64,000 nucleotides of DNA, from the NCBI GenBank assembly GCA_903834195.1, contig CAILIB010000029.1, positions 7,715-71,714 of the forward strand. Reading direction: 5' to 3'. This DNA comes from an uncultured Candidatus Berkelbacteria bacterium (GTDB lineage Bacteria > Patescibacteriota > UBA1384 > CAILIB01). The notes below the pieces were generated by a model that was given only the letters and a program-made list of their open reading frames with translations, had not been told where the DNA came from and did no database searches. This document shows positions 7,622 through 17,135 of this stretch, piece after piece. Position numbers and translations under genes: made by a program. Within the stretch, counting starts at the first letter, position 1; each line of letters opens with the position of its first letter.

Positions 7622-8677
7622 ATGTCACCCATAAAAATCTTGCACGTTGTTGCTGATAGTACACAGACTGGCGCACCGCTCCAGGTGTATTACTTATGCA
7701 AAGGGTTGAGTGAAACGCACTCAGTACACCTTGCCTGCCCAAATGGCTGGCTGGCAGACATTGCAGAAAAAGCAGGTATACAGGTATACCGCCTCCCTGT
7801 CACACCTTGGAAAACGTCTCAGATAAAGTACATTAATTATGTAATTTCTTCTGTAAAACCAGCACTTGTGCACTGCCATGGAGTACGAGCCGGGCTATGG
7901 ACTCGACTTGCCCCAACAAGTGGTCATCGACCCATTGTATACACTGAACATCTCTGGACAGGTGATTTTCATTTGAAGAGTCGACTTCGTGAGTTGATAC
8001 AACTTTCAACACTACGACAACTAGGACACAAAACATCCTACACAATCGGAGTGTCAGACTCAGTAACAACCTTCATGCGTGCGCAAGGATGCACTACCAA
8101 GGAGCGCTCTGAAACTATTTATTGCGGACTAGAACCACACGATGTATTACAACCCTCAAGTGACTCACTTCACATCGGCACATTAGGAAGCCTAACGTAC
8201 ATTAAGAATGTAGCAGCACTTATTGAAGCTACTGCCCTTGTTCAACAATCTACTCCCCTTACACTTCACATCGGTGGAGACGGACCAGACATGGAGGAAT
8301 TAAAAACACTTGCAAAGGAAAATAGTGTACACACAGTCTGGCACGGACAACTTCAAGACAGCGCTACATTTTTCAAAAATCTCACCATTTACGTTCAGCC
8401 TTCGCTGAGCGAGTCATTTGGAATTGCAGCGTTAGAAGCTATGAGTTGTGGCATTCCAACTATTCTCTCAAATCGTGGAGGTCTTAAGGAAGTAGGTGGA
8501 GATGCAGTTCTCTATTCTGAACCAGATACAATTCAGCTTGCTGCAACTATTCAACGACTTTCTGAAGATACTACGCTTCAAAAACAACTCCGAACTCGTG
8601 GACCTAAACGTGCGCACGAATTTTCAGTAGAACGCATGGTTACTGCACATGTACAGGTATACAAAAAACTTTTATGA
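7622..8677 (+). CDS. GT4-family glycosyltransferase
   Basis: N-terminus KILHVVADS..GAP and the C-terminal motif ESFGIAALEAMSCGIPTI typical of Glycos_transf_1. ATG 7622 lies 6 nt after TATACT. Confidence 0.85.
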   Translation: MSPIKILHVVADSTQTGAPLQVYYLCKGLSETHSVHLACPNGWLADIAEKAGIQVYRLPVTPWKTSQIKYINYVISSVKPALVHCHGVRAGLWTRLAPTSGHRPIVYTEHLWTGDFHLKSRLRELIQLSTLRQLGHKTSYTIGVSDSVTTFMRAQGCTTKERSETIYCGLEPHDVLQPSSDSLHIGTLGSLTYIKNVAALIEATALVQQSTPLTLHIGGDGPDMEELKTLAKENSVHTVWHGQLQDSATFFKNLTIYVQPSLSESFGIAALEAMSCGIPTILSNRGGLKEVGGDAVLYSEPDTIQLAATIQRLSEDTTLQKQLRTRGPKRAHEFSVERMVTAHVQVYKKLL

Positions 8678-9453
8678 ACCGACTCCGAACCCTTGCACAA
8701 CGAGCACTTACGGTACAACAGATTGTTGGATTGAAACAGGCAATAGAATTTCTCTCTTTCGACACTTCTACACGAATTGATTCACTAAATCAGGGTGCCC
8801 AAAGAACTGTTCTGGTTATTGCTCCTCATCCAGATGATGAGGTATTTGGGTGCGGAGGTGCAGTCGCACTTCACCGTGAAATAAACGACATTGTGCATGT
8901 ACTCTACGTAGCAAATGGAGCTGCAGGAACACGCGATGGTAAAACTGATGCCAATCTCATACATATACGAGAAAAAGAAGCTAAAGCAGGACTTGAGCTT
9001 CTAGGTGGAGCGCAATCACTTTTTTGGGATATTCCAGATGGTACTGTTTCACCTACAGCTCAAAATATCGACAAGCTTCGCACTCTGATTGAAAAGATAA
9101 ACCCACAACTAATATATACGCCATGGGTTCACGATAATCACCCAGACCACCAAGCAGCAACCAAAATACTTCTTGCAACAATACAACCATCTGATACGTA
9201 TACTGTTCGACAGTATGAAATTTGGTCACCCCTCATTCCAAATACGTATGTACCGATTAAATCTGTTATCAAAAAAAAGCTAGACGCTTGTTACGCACAC
9301 GAAAGCCAGCTCATTACACGTGGATATGCAGATGGCATTATTGGATTAAATTCCTACCGCGGTATGCAGGCTGGTATTGATGGCCCTGCCGAAGCCTACC
9401 TTGAGCTTAATGCACCCCAAACACTTCAACTTAGCCGTTCTTTTTCCCATTAA
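8674..9453 (+). CDS. PIG-L/LmbE-family deacetylase
   Basis: Motif VIAPHPDDEVFGCGG plus downstream HPDH. Confidence 0.85.
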   Translation: MNRLRTLAQRALTVQQIVGLKQAIEFLSFDTSTRIDSLNQGAQRTVLVIAPHPDDEVFGCGGAVALHREINDIVHVLYVANGAAGTRDGKTDANLIHIREKEAKAGLELLGGAQSLFWDIPDGTVSPTAQNIDKLRTLIEKINPQLIYTPWVHDNHPDHQAATKILLATIQPSDTYTVRQYEIWSPLIPNTYVPIKSVIKKKLDACYAHESQLITRGYADGIIGLNSYRGMQAGIDGPAEAYLELNAPQTLQLSRSFSH

Positions 9454-9841
9454 GGAGAAAGTCGATCCACTGACGCCAGTACGGAATATTCTCTTTACTT
9501 ACTTCTTGAGTATCACTTGCAAGTACATCCTGCGCAGGAGTGACACTAATACTTGATTCAGGAAGTGCGTACACTGTCTCGTTCGGCATCTTTAAGAGAA
9601 GTGCCCGACGCAATTCCTTTTCCTTGTAATCATCACTTTGGTAGTACACCACCAGCGCCTGAAGCCTCGTTTGTTCCTGCTGTTTCAAATCCAACTGTGC
9701 CTGGAGTGCTTTTGTATCTTGATCTGAGGTATAACTTCGCAGCACAGACTGAACAGTTAATACACTGAGGTAAATCGCTAAAACTACCAGCCAGAGGTAG
9801 CTAAACGAATTTCGAAAAAAGGTAAATACACGCAGAATCAT
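9431..9841 (-). CDS. FtsB/DivIC-like septum formation initiator
   Basis: N-terminal TM followed by a Q/L-rich coiled coil (ALQAQLDLKQQEQTRLQAL) and a YKEKELRR segment. TATACT lies 6 nt upstream of the ATG. Confidence 0.6.
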   Translation of the reverse strand: MILRVFTFFRNSFSYLWLVVLAIYLSVLTVQSVLRSYTSDQDTKALQAQLDLKQQEQTRLQALVVYYQSDDYKEKELRRALLLKMPNETVYALPESSISVTPAQDVLASDTQEVSKENIPYWRQWIDFLLNGKKNG

Positions 9842-9892
9842 GGTACTAGTATACCATGATCACTCGAGCAAAAACCCCTTATTTTGACGCTT

Positions 9893-10456
9893 TTAGCGAC
9901 TAGCAAACATTTGCACAGTAAAGAGAGCAGGATTGCCATTTTCATCAGTCCCCTCGATATCTGCAAATCCAACATCAGTATACTTAGGTGAAAGAAGATT
10001 TGCCCGGTGTGCAGGACTATTTAACCAAGCGGTTGTGATTGCCTGAACTGAATGAAAGCCGCGTGCCAAATTTTCTCCTGCAACTCGATATGTGTACCCT
10101 GCTTCATCGATAAAATCCCATGGAGCTTTATGGTCTGAAGGACGAAAGTGATCCCAATAACCAAACTCTTTCATATCAATTGCCTTCGCCATTGCTGCAT
10201 GTTCAAGCTGAACATCAAGGCGAAGTGGGGCAATTCCTGCAGCAACACGTGCAGCATTAGTTGCTGCAAGAAAATCAGTGTCATTGAGCGGCTGTGCAGC
10301 AACAACAGCGTGATCAGCAGCGTACGCAGTATCTACGCCCTGCAACTGTAAAAGTACTCCAAGTGAAGCTGAACTTGTTAGAGTTAACATTCGCCCAGCA
10401 AGCAAGAACGGTACAATACGATTGAAAGCAGTCCGGAAAGGACGAGCTGAAGCCAT
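9893..10456 (-). CDS. CAP/SCP (YkwD-like) domain secreted protein
   Basis: Signal-like N-terminus. CAP motifs GENLARGF and WLNSPAHRANLLSPKYTDVGFA. Confidence 0.8.
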   Translation of the reverse strand: MASARPFRTAFNRIVPFLLAGRMLTLTSSASLGVLLQLQGVDTAYAADHAVVAAQPLNDTDFLAATNAARVAAGIAPLRLDVQLEHAAMAKAIDMKEFGYWDHFRPSDHKAPWDFIDEAGYTYRVAGENLARGFHSVQAITTAWLNSPAHRANLLSPKYTDVGFADIEGTDENGNPALFTVQMFASR

Positions 10457-10652
10457 TACTATTTTTTTATTTTTTTTGTTTTGAAGAAATTAAATAAGTA
10501 TACGTCAATCTGATGAAACAGTCAATTAGCTCGTAAACGCCATGCTAAATAAACACCTCCTGAAGTACACTTTTTCATAAGAAAATAAGCCCGCGAATGT
10601 TTTAATTATTTATTGTTGCAGTGAAGATCTTGAGCAAATAACCCTGTATACT

Positions 10653-12368
10653 ATGTATATGAATGATATTTTCTCAGAGGTTGGGGCCATAATTGCCGTC
10701 GCTACGGCGTGTGCGTTATTAGTCCGATTACTTAAGCAGCCACCTTTATTTGGCTACATTGTAGCCGGTGTTATTTTAGGTCCACTTGTTACAGGACTTG
10801 TTCAAAGCACAGCCACACTCGATGCCATGCGACAAATAGGTGTTGCACTTCTACTCTTCCTAGTAGGACTTGAGTTAGATTGGAGTAAAACACGACATCA
10901 GTTAAAAACTGCTTTTATCGTTGCACTAATTCAGGTTGCCGGTAGTTTTGTTATTGGAGTAGGTGCAGCACTCCTTACTGGCCTACCAGTACTTACCGGC
11001 GTATACATTGGTACGATTCTCTCGTTTTCTTCAACAGTTATCGTCGTAAAATTCCTCTCCGAAAGTCGCGATCTCAACTCACTCCACGGACGACTTGCCT
11101 TAGGTATCCTTATTGTGCAAGACATACTTGCCATTGTTGCACTCGTTATTCTTGGAGGAGTAACAGGTCATTCAACCCTCGGTGTTGGAAACCAAGTTAT
11201 CGTACTTATTGTGAAAGTTGCAGCACTCCTTTCACTCGTTTGGATACTCTCACAATATGTTCTTCCACCACTCTTTGCTAAAATCGCCCGCTCTACTGAA
11301 CTCTTGTTCATGTCGAGCATTGCGTGGTGCTTCTGCTTTGCTATTCTGATTAATCAATTTGATTTTCCATTAGAAACTGGTGCCTTTTTAGCAGGTATAA
11401 CACTCGCATCTCTCCCATATGGCCTTGATATTGTAAACCGGCTACGGTCTCTACGAGACTTCTTCGTTGTAATATTCTTTGTAAGTTTAGGCTTAAGTCT
11501 GCAATTACCAAGTGGATCCTACCTGATTCTTACTGGTGCCTTTCTTCTTTTCACAGTATTTGGCAAGCCAATTATTACATTCTTATCCCTCAGTTTGTAT
11601 GGATATCGAAGTCGGACATCACTATTGGCTGGTATTACTCAGAGTCAGCTCTCTGAATTCTCACTGATTTTGATTGCCCTCGGTATGGCACGTGGAAATA
11701 TCTCCCCCGAGTTAGGTTCTGCACTTACATTTACTGCAATTATTTCCATCGTATTCTCAACAATTGTTCACGGAGTACGAAACCCACTGTTCCGATCACT
11801 TCGTGGAATGCTCAGGATTGCAGAACGTAAACACCACCACACTGAACATGTAAGTGAGGAAATGGAACAGCGCCTCGATAATCATATTATTATCTTTGGA
11901 TACCACCGCATGGGCTATCACATTCTCAAGAAGCTTCATGAGCTTGGTCACCGAGTAATGGTGGTAGATTTTAATCCTGACATCATCAGAAAGCTCCGTG
12001 AACAAAGCATCGACTGTGTGTATGGAGATATTGAAGATGAAGAAATCTTCGACGCCATTCACCTTGAACGAGCATCCATGGTTGTCTCAACCGTTCCACA
12101 CCGCGACGAAACGAGCTACTTAATTGAGCAAGTTAAAAAGCGCAAGGGTAGTGCGAATTTGATCGTAACTGCACATGATATCGATGACGCACTGCACTAT
12201 TACCAAGTTGGAGCTGATTACGTCATCCTTCCCCATCTGTTAGGCGGAGAACACGTGGCTGAACTCATTACCCATTACCAAGAACACAACCTCGGGCAGT
12301 ATATGAAACACCGAGCTGAGGAACTAAAGCTACTTCGCACCAAGAAGCATGCTCTCTACTTCGATTAG
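10653..12368 (+). CDS. Kef-type (CPA2) cation:proton antiporter with C-terminal TrkA-N/RCK domain
   Basis: About 12 TM segments followed by the Rossmann-like segment IIIFGYHRMG..V.VVD. The likely start is ATG 10659, 6 nt after TATACT. Confidence 0.85.
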   Translation: MYMNDIFSEVGAIIAVATACALLVRLLKQPPLFGYIVAGVILGPLVTGLVQSTATLDAMRQIGVALLLFLVGLELDWSKTRHQLKTAFIVALIQVAGSFVIGVGAALLTGLPVLTGVYIGTILSFSSTVIVVKFLSESRDLNSLHGRLALGILIVQDILAIVALVILGGVTGHSTLGVGNQVIVLIVKVAALLSLVWILSQYVLPPLFAKIARSTELLFMSSIAWCFCFAILINQFDFPLETGAFLAGITLASLPYGLDIVNRLRSLRDFFVVIFFVSLGLSLQLPSGSYLILTGAFLLFTVFGKPIITFLSLSLYGYRSRTSLLAGITQSQLSEFSLILIALGMARGNISPELGSALTFTAIISIVFSTIVHGVRNPLFRSLRGMLRIAERKHHHTEHVSEEMEQRLDNHIIIFGYHRMGYHILKKLHELGHRVMVVDFNPDIIRKLREQSIDCVYGDIEDEEIFDAIHLERASMVVSTVPHRDETSYLIEQVKKRKGSANLIVTAHDIDDALHYYQVGADYVILPHLLGGEHVAELITHYQEHNLGQYMKHRAEELKLLRTKKHALYFD

Positions 12369-13225
12369 AGATCTTTTAAGAGCTGGGTTGCTGTAAACCC
12401 TGGATTAATACGAAGTCGATTCAAAGCATACATATCATCGCTATGATGAACATCACCCGGATGTGTTGTTGTTGCTGAAGTAAAACCTGCCTGTTTAACG
12501 AGAGCTTCAGTTACTGTCGTATACTTTCCAGACGGGTAACAAAAAGATGTAACCGTACCTCCAAGATGACTTTCTAAGTCCTGTTTGCTCTGAGTAATTT
12601 CTTTACGTTGAGTTGCTTCAGATGCCGTCGATAAATCGATGTGATTTATCGTGTGTGCACCAATCTCAATCCCCGCTGCCTTCATTTCTTTGAGATCATC
12701 CCACGTCATATAATTGCCACCAATCATGCCTGTGATGATATAAATTGTGGCCGTCCAATTATATTTTTTCAAAATTGGATATGCAGTAGTCTTAAAGTCT
12801 TCGTACCCATCATCAAACGTCATTACCACACTTTTAGCATCACCTTTTCCCGCAACATAGTCTGCCATCGTAATTGAGGTGTACCCCGCTGCCTTCATAG
12901 CAGCAATTTGTGCATCCAACTCATTAGGAGGAACTGATAATCCATACCCAACAGGGTCGGTTTTTTGATTTACTCCCGATTGAATGTAGTGATACATCAA
13001 TACATGAGATGCATCAGTACTCTTAGTAATCGGGCTAGCCGAAGCACTCGGAGTTGGGGAGGTGTCAGGTGATGCAGATGGTGTTAGGGTTGATGAATCA
13101 ACCTGAGGTGTCACTTTGGTATATGAATGCCACCCCGCAAAAGACGCATATCCAATGAGCAAACCAACAAGGGCTGCAATAAAAGGAGGGAGTAACTTTC
13201 TTAGAATCTTATTCATGATACTCAT
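12365..13225 (-). CDS. Polysaccharide deacetylase (NodB homology domain), membrane anchored
   Basis: TM anchor, S/T/P linker, NodB motifs MTFDDGYEDF and GAHTINH. Confidence 0.85.
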   Translation of the reverse strand: MSIMNKILRKLLPPFIAALVGLLIGYASFAGWHSYTKVTPQVDSSTLTPSASPDTSPTPSASASPITKSTDASHVLMYHYIQSGVNQKTDPVGYGLSVPPNELDAQIAAMKAAGYTSITMADYVAGKGDAKSVVMTFDDGYEDFKTTAYPILKKYNWTATIYIITGMIGGNYMTWDDLKEMKAAGIEIGAHTINHIDLSTASEATQRKEITQSKQDLESHLGGTVTSFCYPSGKYTTVTEALVKQAGFTSATTTHPGDVHHSDDMYALNRLRINPGFTATQLLKDL

Positions 13226-13389
13226 CGTATCACGTATATTTTACAGATCAAAATTTACATTTCATATAGTATCATACAAATCAAATGCCCTGTTCGGTTT
13301 CTGACATAACGTAGTTTTCCACAGGTGGATAACCATTGAATAACTTTCTGCCAGTGGTACTTGTTGGTTACGAACCGTATACTAAATGT

Positions 13390-13728
13390 ATGCAAAATAT
13401 TTTCGCTGCATCTATTGCCCACGCAGCCAACGTTACCCCCCTTGGTACGATAAAACCTGGCCAAGATCCAACAAAAATAGTAGGCCCACTTTTAGGGCAG
13501 GTTATCTACGTACTTACTTGGGTGGCAGGTTTTCTTGCAGTCTTCTACCTGATCCGCTCAGGAATTCTGTACATCACCTCTGCGGGAGATCCAGACAAAG
13601 CAAAGGCAGCTCGTTCAGGTATATTGAACGCAGTAATTGGAATTATAGTAATCGTTGCTGCTTATCTCATAATCAATAAGGCAATTGGAATTGGCACTCT
13701 AATTTCTTCAGGCGCTACCCCGTCCTAG
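13390..13728 (+). CDS. VirB2/TrbC-like pilin family protein (paralog 5, unlinked)
   Basis: TM - GILYITSAGDPDKAKAARSGILNAVIG - TM, close to the 7125 paralog. ATG 13390 lies 6 nt after TATACT. The track start at TTG 13336 is less likely. Confidence 0.7.
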   Translation: MQNIFAASIAHAANVTPLGTIKPGQDPTKIVGPLLGQVIYVLTWVAGFLAVFYLIRSGILYITSAGDPDKAKAARSGILNAVIGIIVIVAAYLIINKAIGIGTLISSGATPS

Positions 13729-13732
13729 TCTT

Positions 13733-14296
13733 CTAGCGCTTAATGCGCGGATGCCATTCAATATCAGGCTGTTCAAGCCTATGGTTTGCAATACGCGCAG
13801 CAACAAAGAGTAAATCTGAAAAACGATTTAAATACTGTAATACCTTAGGATCAACAGACTCTTCAGTTGCAAGCTCAACTACTGCCCTCTCCGCGCGTCG
13901 TGAGACTGCTCGTGCCAAGTGTAAAAAGGAACTCTCAACACTTCCACCCTGCAAAATAAAGGCTCGCAACGGTGCTAGCTCACTTTCCCATGTATCAATA
14001 GCAGACTCGAGGTATAAAATATCGGAATCCTGTAATACTGGATCCTTTCGCTTCTCTTCGGTTTCAGTACGTGCAAGTTCAGCACAGATTGTAAAACTTA
14101 CCCACTGCACCTGTGTAAGCACTTCCACGACGTCAATAAATATATCATCTGTAAGATGAGCCAAAGCAACCCCGATCACAGCTTGCAATTCATCGACTTC
14201 CCCGTAGGAATGTACTCGAATATTGGATTTCGATCTTCTCTCTCCGCCATACAGCGAAGTAGTACCTTCATCACCAGTTTTTGTATAGATTTTCAT
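13733..14296 (-). CDS. PduO-type ATP:cob(I)alamin adenosyltransferase
   Basis: N-terminus MKIYTKTGDEGTTSL.GG.R..K is diagnostic of the family. Confidence 0.85.
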   Translation of the reverse strand: MKIYTKTGDEGTTSLYGGERRSKSNIRVHSYGEVDELQAVIGVALAHLTDDIFIDVVEVLTQVQWVSFTICAELARTETEEKRKDPVLQDSDILYLESAIDTWESELAPLRAFILQGGSVESSFLHLARAVSRRAERAVVELATEESVDPKVLQYLNRFSDLLFVAARIANHRLEQPDIEWHPRIKR

Positions 14297-14370
14297 GCAC
14301 CTACCTTACCACATACAGAAAAATACTCCAGATAATCTATATACATCGATGGTCTATACTATATATTATA

Positions 14371-14874
14371 CTAAGAAAGTACCTTTTCTAACCTGTTAGA
14401 TGTGTGATTAGTTTTATTGGTCGAGGTAACGTACTCACTACCTTCTAAAATGAATTGAGTGATCTTAGCTGTATCACCTGGCGAACTACACAGTACTCGA
14501 CCACCTTGTAAGCCTTGCTCTGCTACGATTTGGTGAGCAGCACCAGAAAAAACAATAGGCTTCCCCTGATCAAAGAACTCTCTTACTAGTGATATCGCCT
14601 CTGACATCGAGCAGATTGCATCAATACTTTCCATTCCTTCCGGAACTACAAGCGCATCAAAGAGGTCGCATGTCACTAACTCAATAGGCAAATCGATAAA
14701 TACTTCCTTACCTCGATGATCGTTGTCATATGTTTCTATAACAAGCTGAGGTAGTGCTGTAGTTGTAAAAACTTCTGCCCCCTCTCTTTCAACTGTACGT
14801 CGTATCTTGGTTAAATCTACTTCGTCCACACCATCACTAAGTAAAATTACTATTCGTTTTGCAAGTAAATTCAT
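14371..14874 (-). CDS. DJ-1/PfpI-like domain protein
   Basis: Size and the pattern VILLSDGV..V.. / ALVVPEG fit the family. I could not confirm a nucleophile-elbow Cys. Confidence 0.5.
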   Translation of the reverse strand: MNLLAKRIVILLSDGVDEVDLTKIRRTVEREGAEVFTTTALPQLVIETYDNDHRGKEVFIDLPIELVTCDLFDALVVPEGMESIDAICSMSEAISLVREFFDQGKPIVFSGAAHQIVAEQGLQGGRVLCSSPGDTAKITQFILEGSEYVTSTNKTNHTSNRLEKVLS

Positions 14875-14889
14875 ATATTTAATTACTAC

Positions 14890-15423
14890 TTAAACTTTTT
14901 TGAAGTGGGAACGGAGAGTGCTTAAAGCATTCTGGATATATGTCATAACATGGTAGAACTCAACAAGGACAAGAAATAAGAATGTAATTCCACACACTAA
15001 AAGAAATCCACCCGGAGTATGCTCCAGAGAAAATATGTACCCTAGCAATGGAATAACTTCAATTACCCTACCCTTTACTTGATCAGGTTCCACTTTACCT
15101 AAATCGCCATTGGAGTTTGCATCACCCTTTGTTGTAAACACCTCCGTTCCATCACTGCCATATGAAAGCTGAGTTATCCTGTGCGTTATTTCTGTTCCAT
15201 TACCATCTTTCAATGAGTATGAAATTACATCACCAACAACATACTGATTCGTTGGAAGAGACCGAGTAATTACGACACTACCAGCAGGAATAGCTGGCTG
15301 CATACTACTTGTGAGCACAATCTGAGCTGAGAAACCTCGGTATGAACTCCGAATCAAAAATGCCGAAGACAGTATTATGATAAAAAATGTGAGAGAAATT
15401 GCAGCGTACACTCGGCGCATCAT
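14890..15423 (-). CDS. sipW: SipW-type (S26B) signal peptidase I
   Basis: TM then SSMQPAIPAGS (Ser box), ITHRI (His box), TKGDANS. It sits directly downstream of a TasA-like substrate gene. Confidence 0.8.
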   Translation of the reverse strand: MMRRVYAAISLTFFIIILSSAFLIRSSYRGFSAQIVLTSSMQPAIPAGSVVITRSLPTNQYVVGDVISYSLKDGNGTEITHRITQLSYGSDGTEVFTTKGDANSNGDLGKVEPDQVKGRVIEVIPLLGYIFSLEHTPGGFLLVCGITFLFLVLVEFYHVMTYIQNALSTLRSHFKKV

Positions 15424-15431
15424 ATGAACTC

Positions 15432-15995
15432 CTAGGATGGTTCTGGTATATGCTGAGTACCAGTAAATGTAAGGTCAAAAACCATAGACTGGTTTTGTTC
15501 AGTTACAGATGGGCTCAACGTAACCTTAAGGACGTATCGCTGAGTACTATCACTGGGTAATATAAGGCCCGTACCGCGAGCTGCTTGCAGGTCAGCAATA
15601 GTTCCTGTGTACCCCGCCTGAGTTGCCAAACCTGTATCATCTACCGGAAATATTCCTATAGTTACTTTGTCACCTATATTTGTACCATCCTTAACTGAAG
15701 CTGTAAGACTAAGATCAAAATCAACCACTCCTGTGGCAACATTCTTTAGAAAAATGTACCGCTGATCTGTCTCACCAGGCACAAGTGTAAAACTAAAGCC
15801 AGGCCGAGTTGTTTCGAACAACGACGAAGAACCATTCTGCGAATTACTAACGAGAAGATTTGCACTTCCTGAATTAATTGTACTTCCAGCCAAAGTTGCA
15901 CTCGCTGAAAATAACGCATGAGTTCCATCTACAACAAAACCTAACCAAAGCAGCACAATTAAAAGACTAAAAAAGAATCGTTTTGGTATACGCAT
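15432..15995 (-). CDS. TasA/camelysin-like secreted protein with SipW-dependent-type signal peptide
   Basis: Signal peptide ending GTHALFSASA (compare GT.A.FSD of SipW substrates). Beta-rich mature part. Confidence 0.65.
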   Translation of the reverse strand: MRIPKRFFFSLLIVLLWLGFVVDGTHALFSASATLAGSTINSGSANLLVSNSQNGSSSLFETTRPGFSFTLVPGETDQRYIFLKNVATGVVDFDLSLTASVKDGTNIGDKVTIGIFPVDDTGLATQAGYTGTIADLQAARGTGLILPSDSTQRYVLKVTLSPSVTEQNQSMVFDLTFTGTQHIPEPS

Positions 15996-16112
15996 GTGCA
16001 GTACGAATTAGTTACTATACAACAATCTGTATCGACCAGGCTGACGCCTTACAGTTGTATACCAACACTAATTCCTAGACTGAACCAAAAACCGATACAA
16101 AACGTGAAAACT

Positions 16113-16964
16113 CTATGAACGTACTAAATATCCAGTCTGTAAAAGGTTTTTCGAAACAGACTCTTCAAGGCAAAGTGAATAGAGACTCAATGGTAGCTGC
16201 GTAACTATAGATTGAGTAAGGCGAAAAATAGCTTCAGGGTATATTTCAGTAGCGTAAAAATTCAAAAGGAAACCAAGTGGCTTTTCCGAAAATATCTGAC
16301 CTAAATCGCTGAGCAATAATGGAAGATGTTCTTCTAACCGCCAGATTTCTCCCTGACTGCCACGCCCAAAAACAGGTGGATCTAACAATATAATATCGTA
16401 TGTATTACCACGACGAATTTCACGAGCAATAAACTTCCGCACATCATCAACTATCCAACGAATACTTTCAGAAGCCACTTTTGAAGCGCGAGAATTTTCA
16501 CTTGCCCAGTGTACTACGCCCTTCGAGGCATCTACATGACAGACGTCTGCACCGGCAAGTGCCGCGGCAATACTCGCACCTCCTGTGTAGGCAAACAGGT
16601 TCAAAACACGAGGCTTAACCCCTTTCTTAACTGAGTCCTGAATTATCTTTGTAAGCCACTCCCAATTTGCAGATTGCTCTGGGAAAATACCAACGTGACG
16701 AAATGGAGTCGGTTTAAGAGCAAACTCAACACCTTGCCACTTCATATTCCACCCCTTTGCAGATGGCTCTCTAGTCCACTCACCTTGTTCAAATATACCC
16801 TGCGCGGTTTTCCAACCAGCATGATGTTCTGTTATGTGCCACAACGCATTCGATTCAGGCCGAGAAATAATATTTTGTCCAAAGCGTTCTAGCCGTCGCC
16901 CATCACCCGACTGTAACAATTCGTAGTCTGACCAATTCTGGGCGATGATTGTTTCAAGTGACAT
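16113..16964 (-). CDS. Class I SAM-dependent methyltransferase (RlmI/RlmK-like catalytic domain)
   Basis: Motifs VLNLFAYTGGASIAAA, HVDASK, DIILLDPPVFGRG. Confidence 0.75.
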   Translation of the reverse strand: MSLETIIAQNWSDYELLQSGDGRRLERFGQNIISRPESNALWHITEHHAGWKTAQGIFEQGEWTREPSAKGWNMKWQGVEFALKPTPFRHVGIFPEQSANWEWLTKIIQDSVKKGVKPRVLNLFAYTGGASIAAALAGADVCHVDASKGVVHWASENSRASKVASESIRWIVDDVRKFIAREIRRGNTYDIILLDPPVFGRGSQGEIWRLEEHLPLLLSDLGQIFSEKPLGFLLNFYATEIYPEAIFRLTQSIVTQLPLSLYSLCLEESVSKNLLQTGYLVRS

Positions 16965-17135
16965 ATATGTTGTTTGATTTATAGAGAACTAACCTGGTCC
17001 GATTCTAGTTGAAAGAGCTATTAAAAGAAATACTCTAGCAGGACGACCGCTCTATCCGCTGAGCTGCGGGCGTGAGCGAGGAATCTTATTCAAATACTCC
17101 TGTAGCCTAACAAAAAATGTGCTACGATACGATAG

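Noticed and set aside
13386-13679. Alternative-frame ORF inside the fifth pilin gene, and the many antisense or alternate-frame ORFs inside cyoB, the GGDEF-EAL gene, pyrG and others
   Set aside because: They are embedded in genes with strong family signatures and show low-complexity or Arg/Ser/Cys-rich compositions typical of off-frame translation.
17040-17075. Minus-strand sequence GCCCGCAGCTCAGCGGATAGAGCGG resembling a tRNA acceptor 5' strand plus D arm, upstream of gene 16113..16964
   Set aside because: I could not find a matching anticodon arm, T arm or acceptor 3' strand within 120 nt, even allowing an intron. It is probably a decayed tRNA fragment or a chance D-arm-like match, so it is not reported as a gene.
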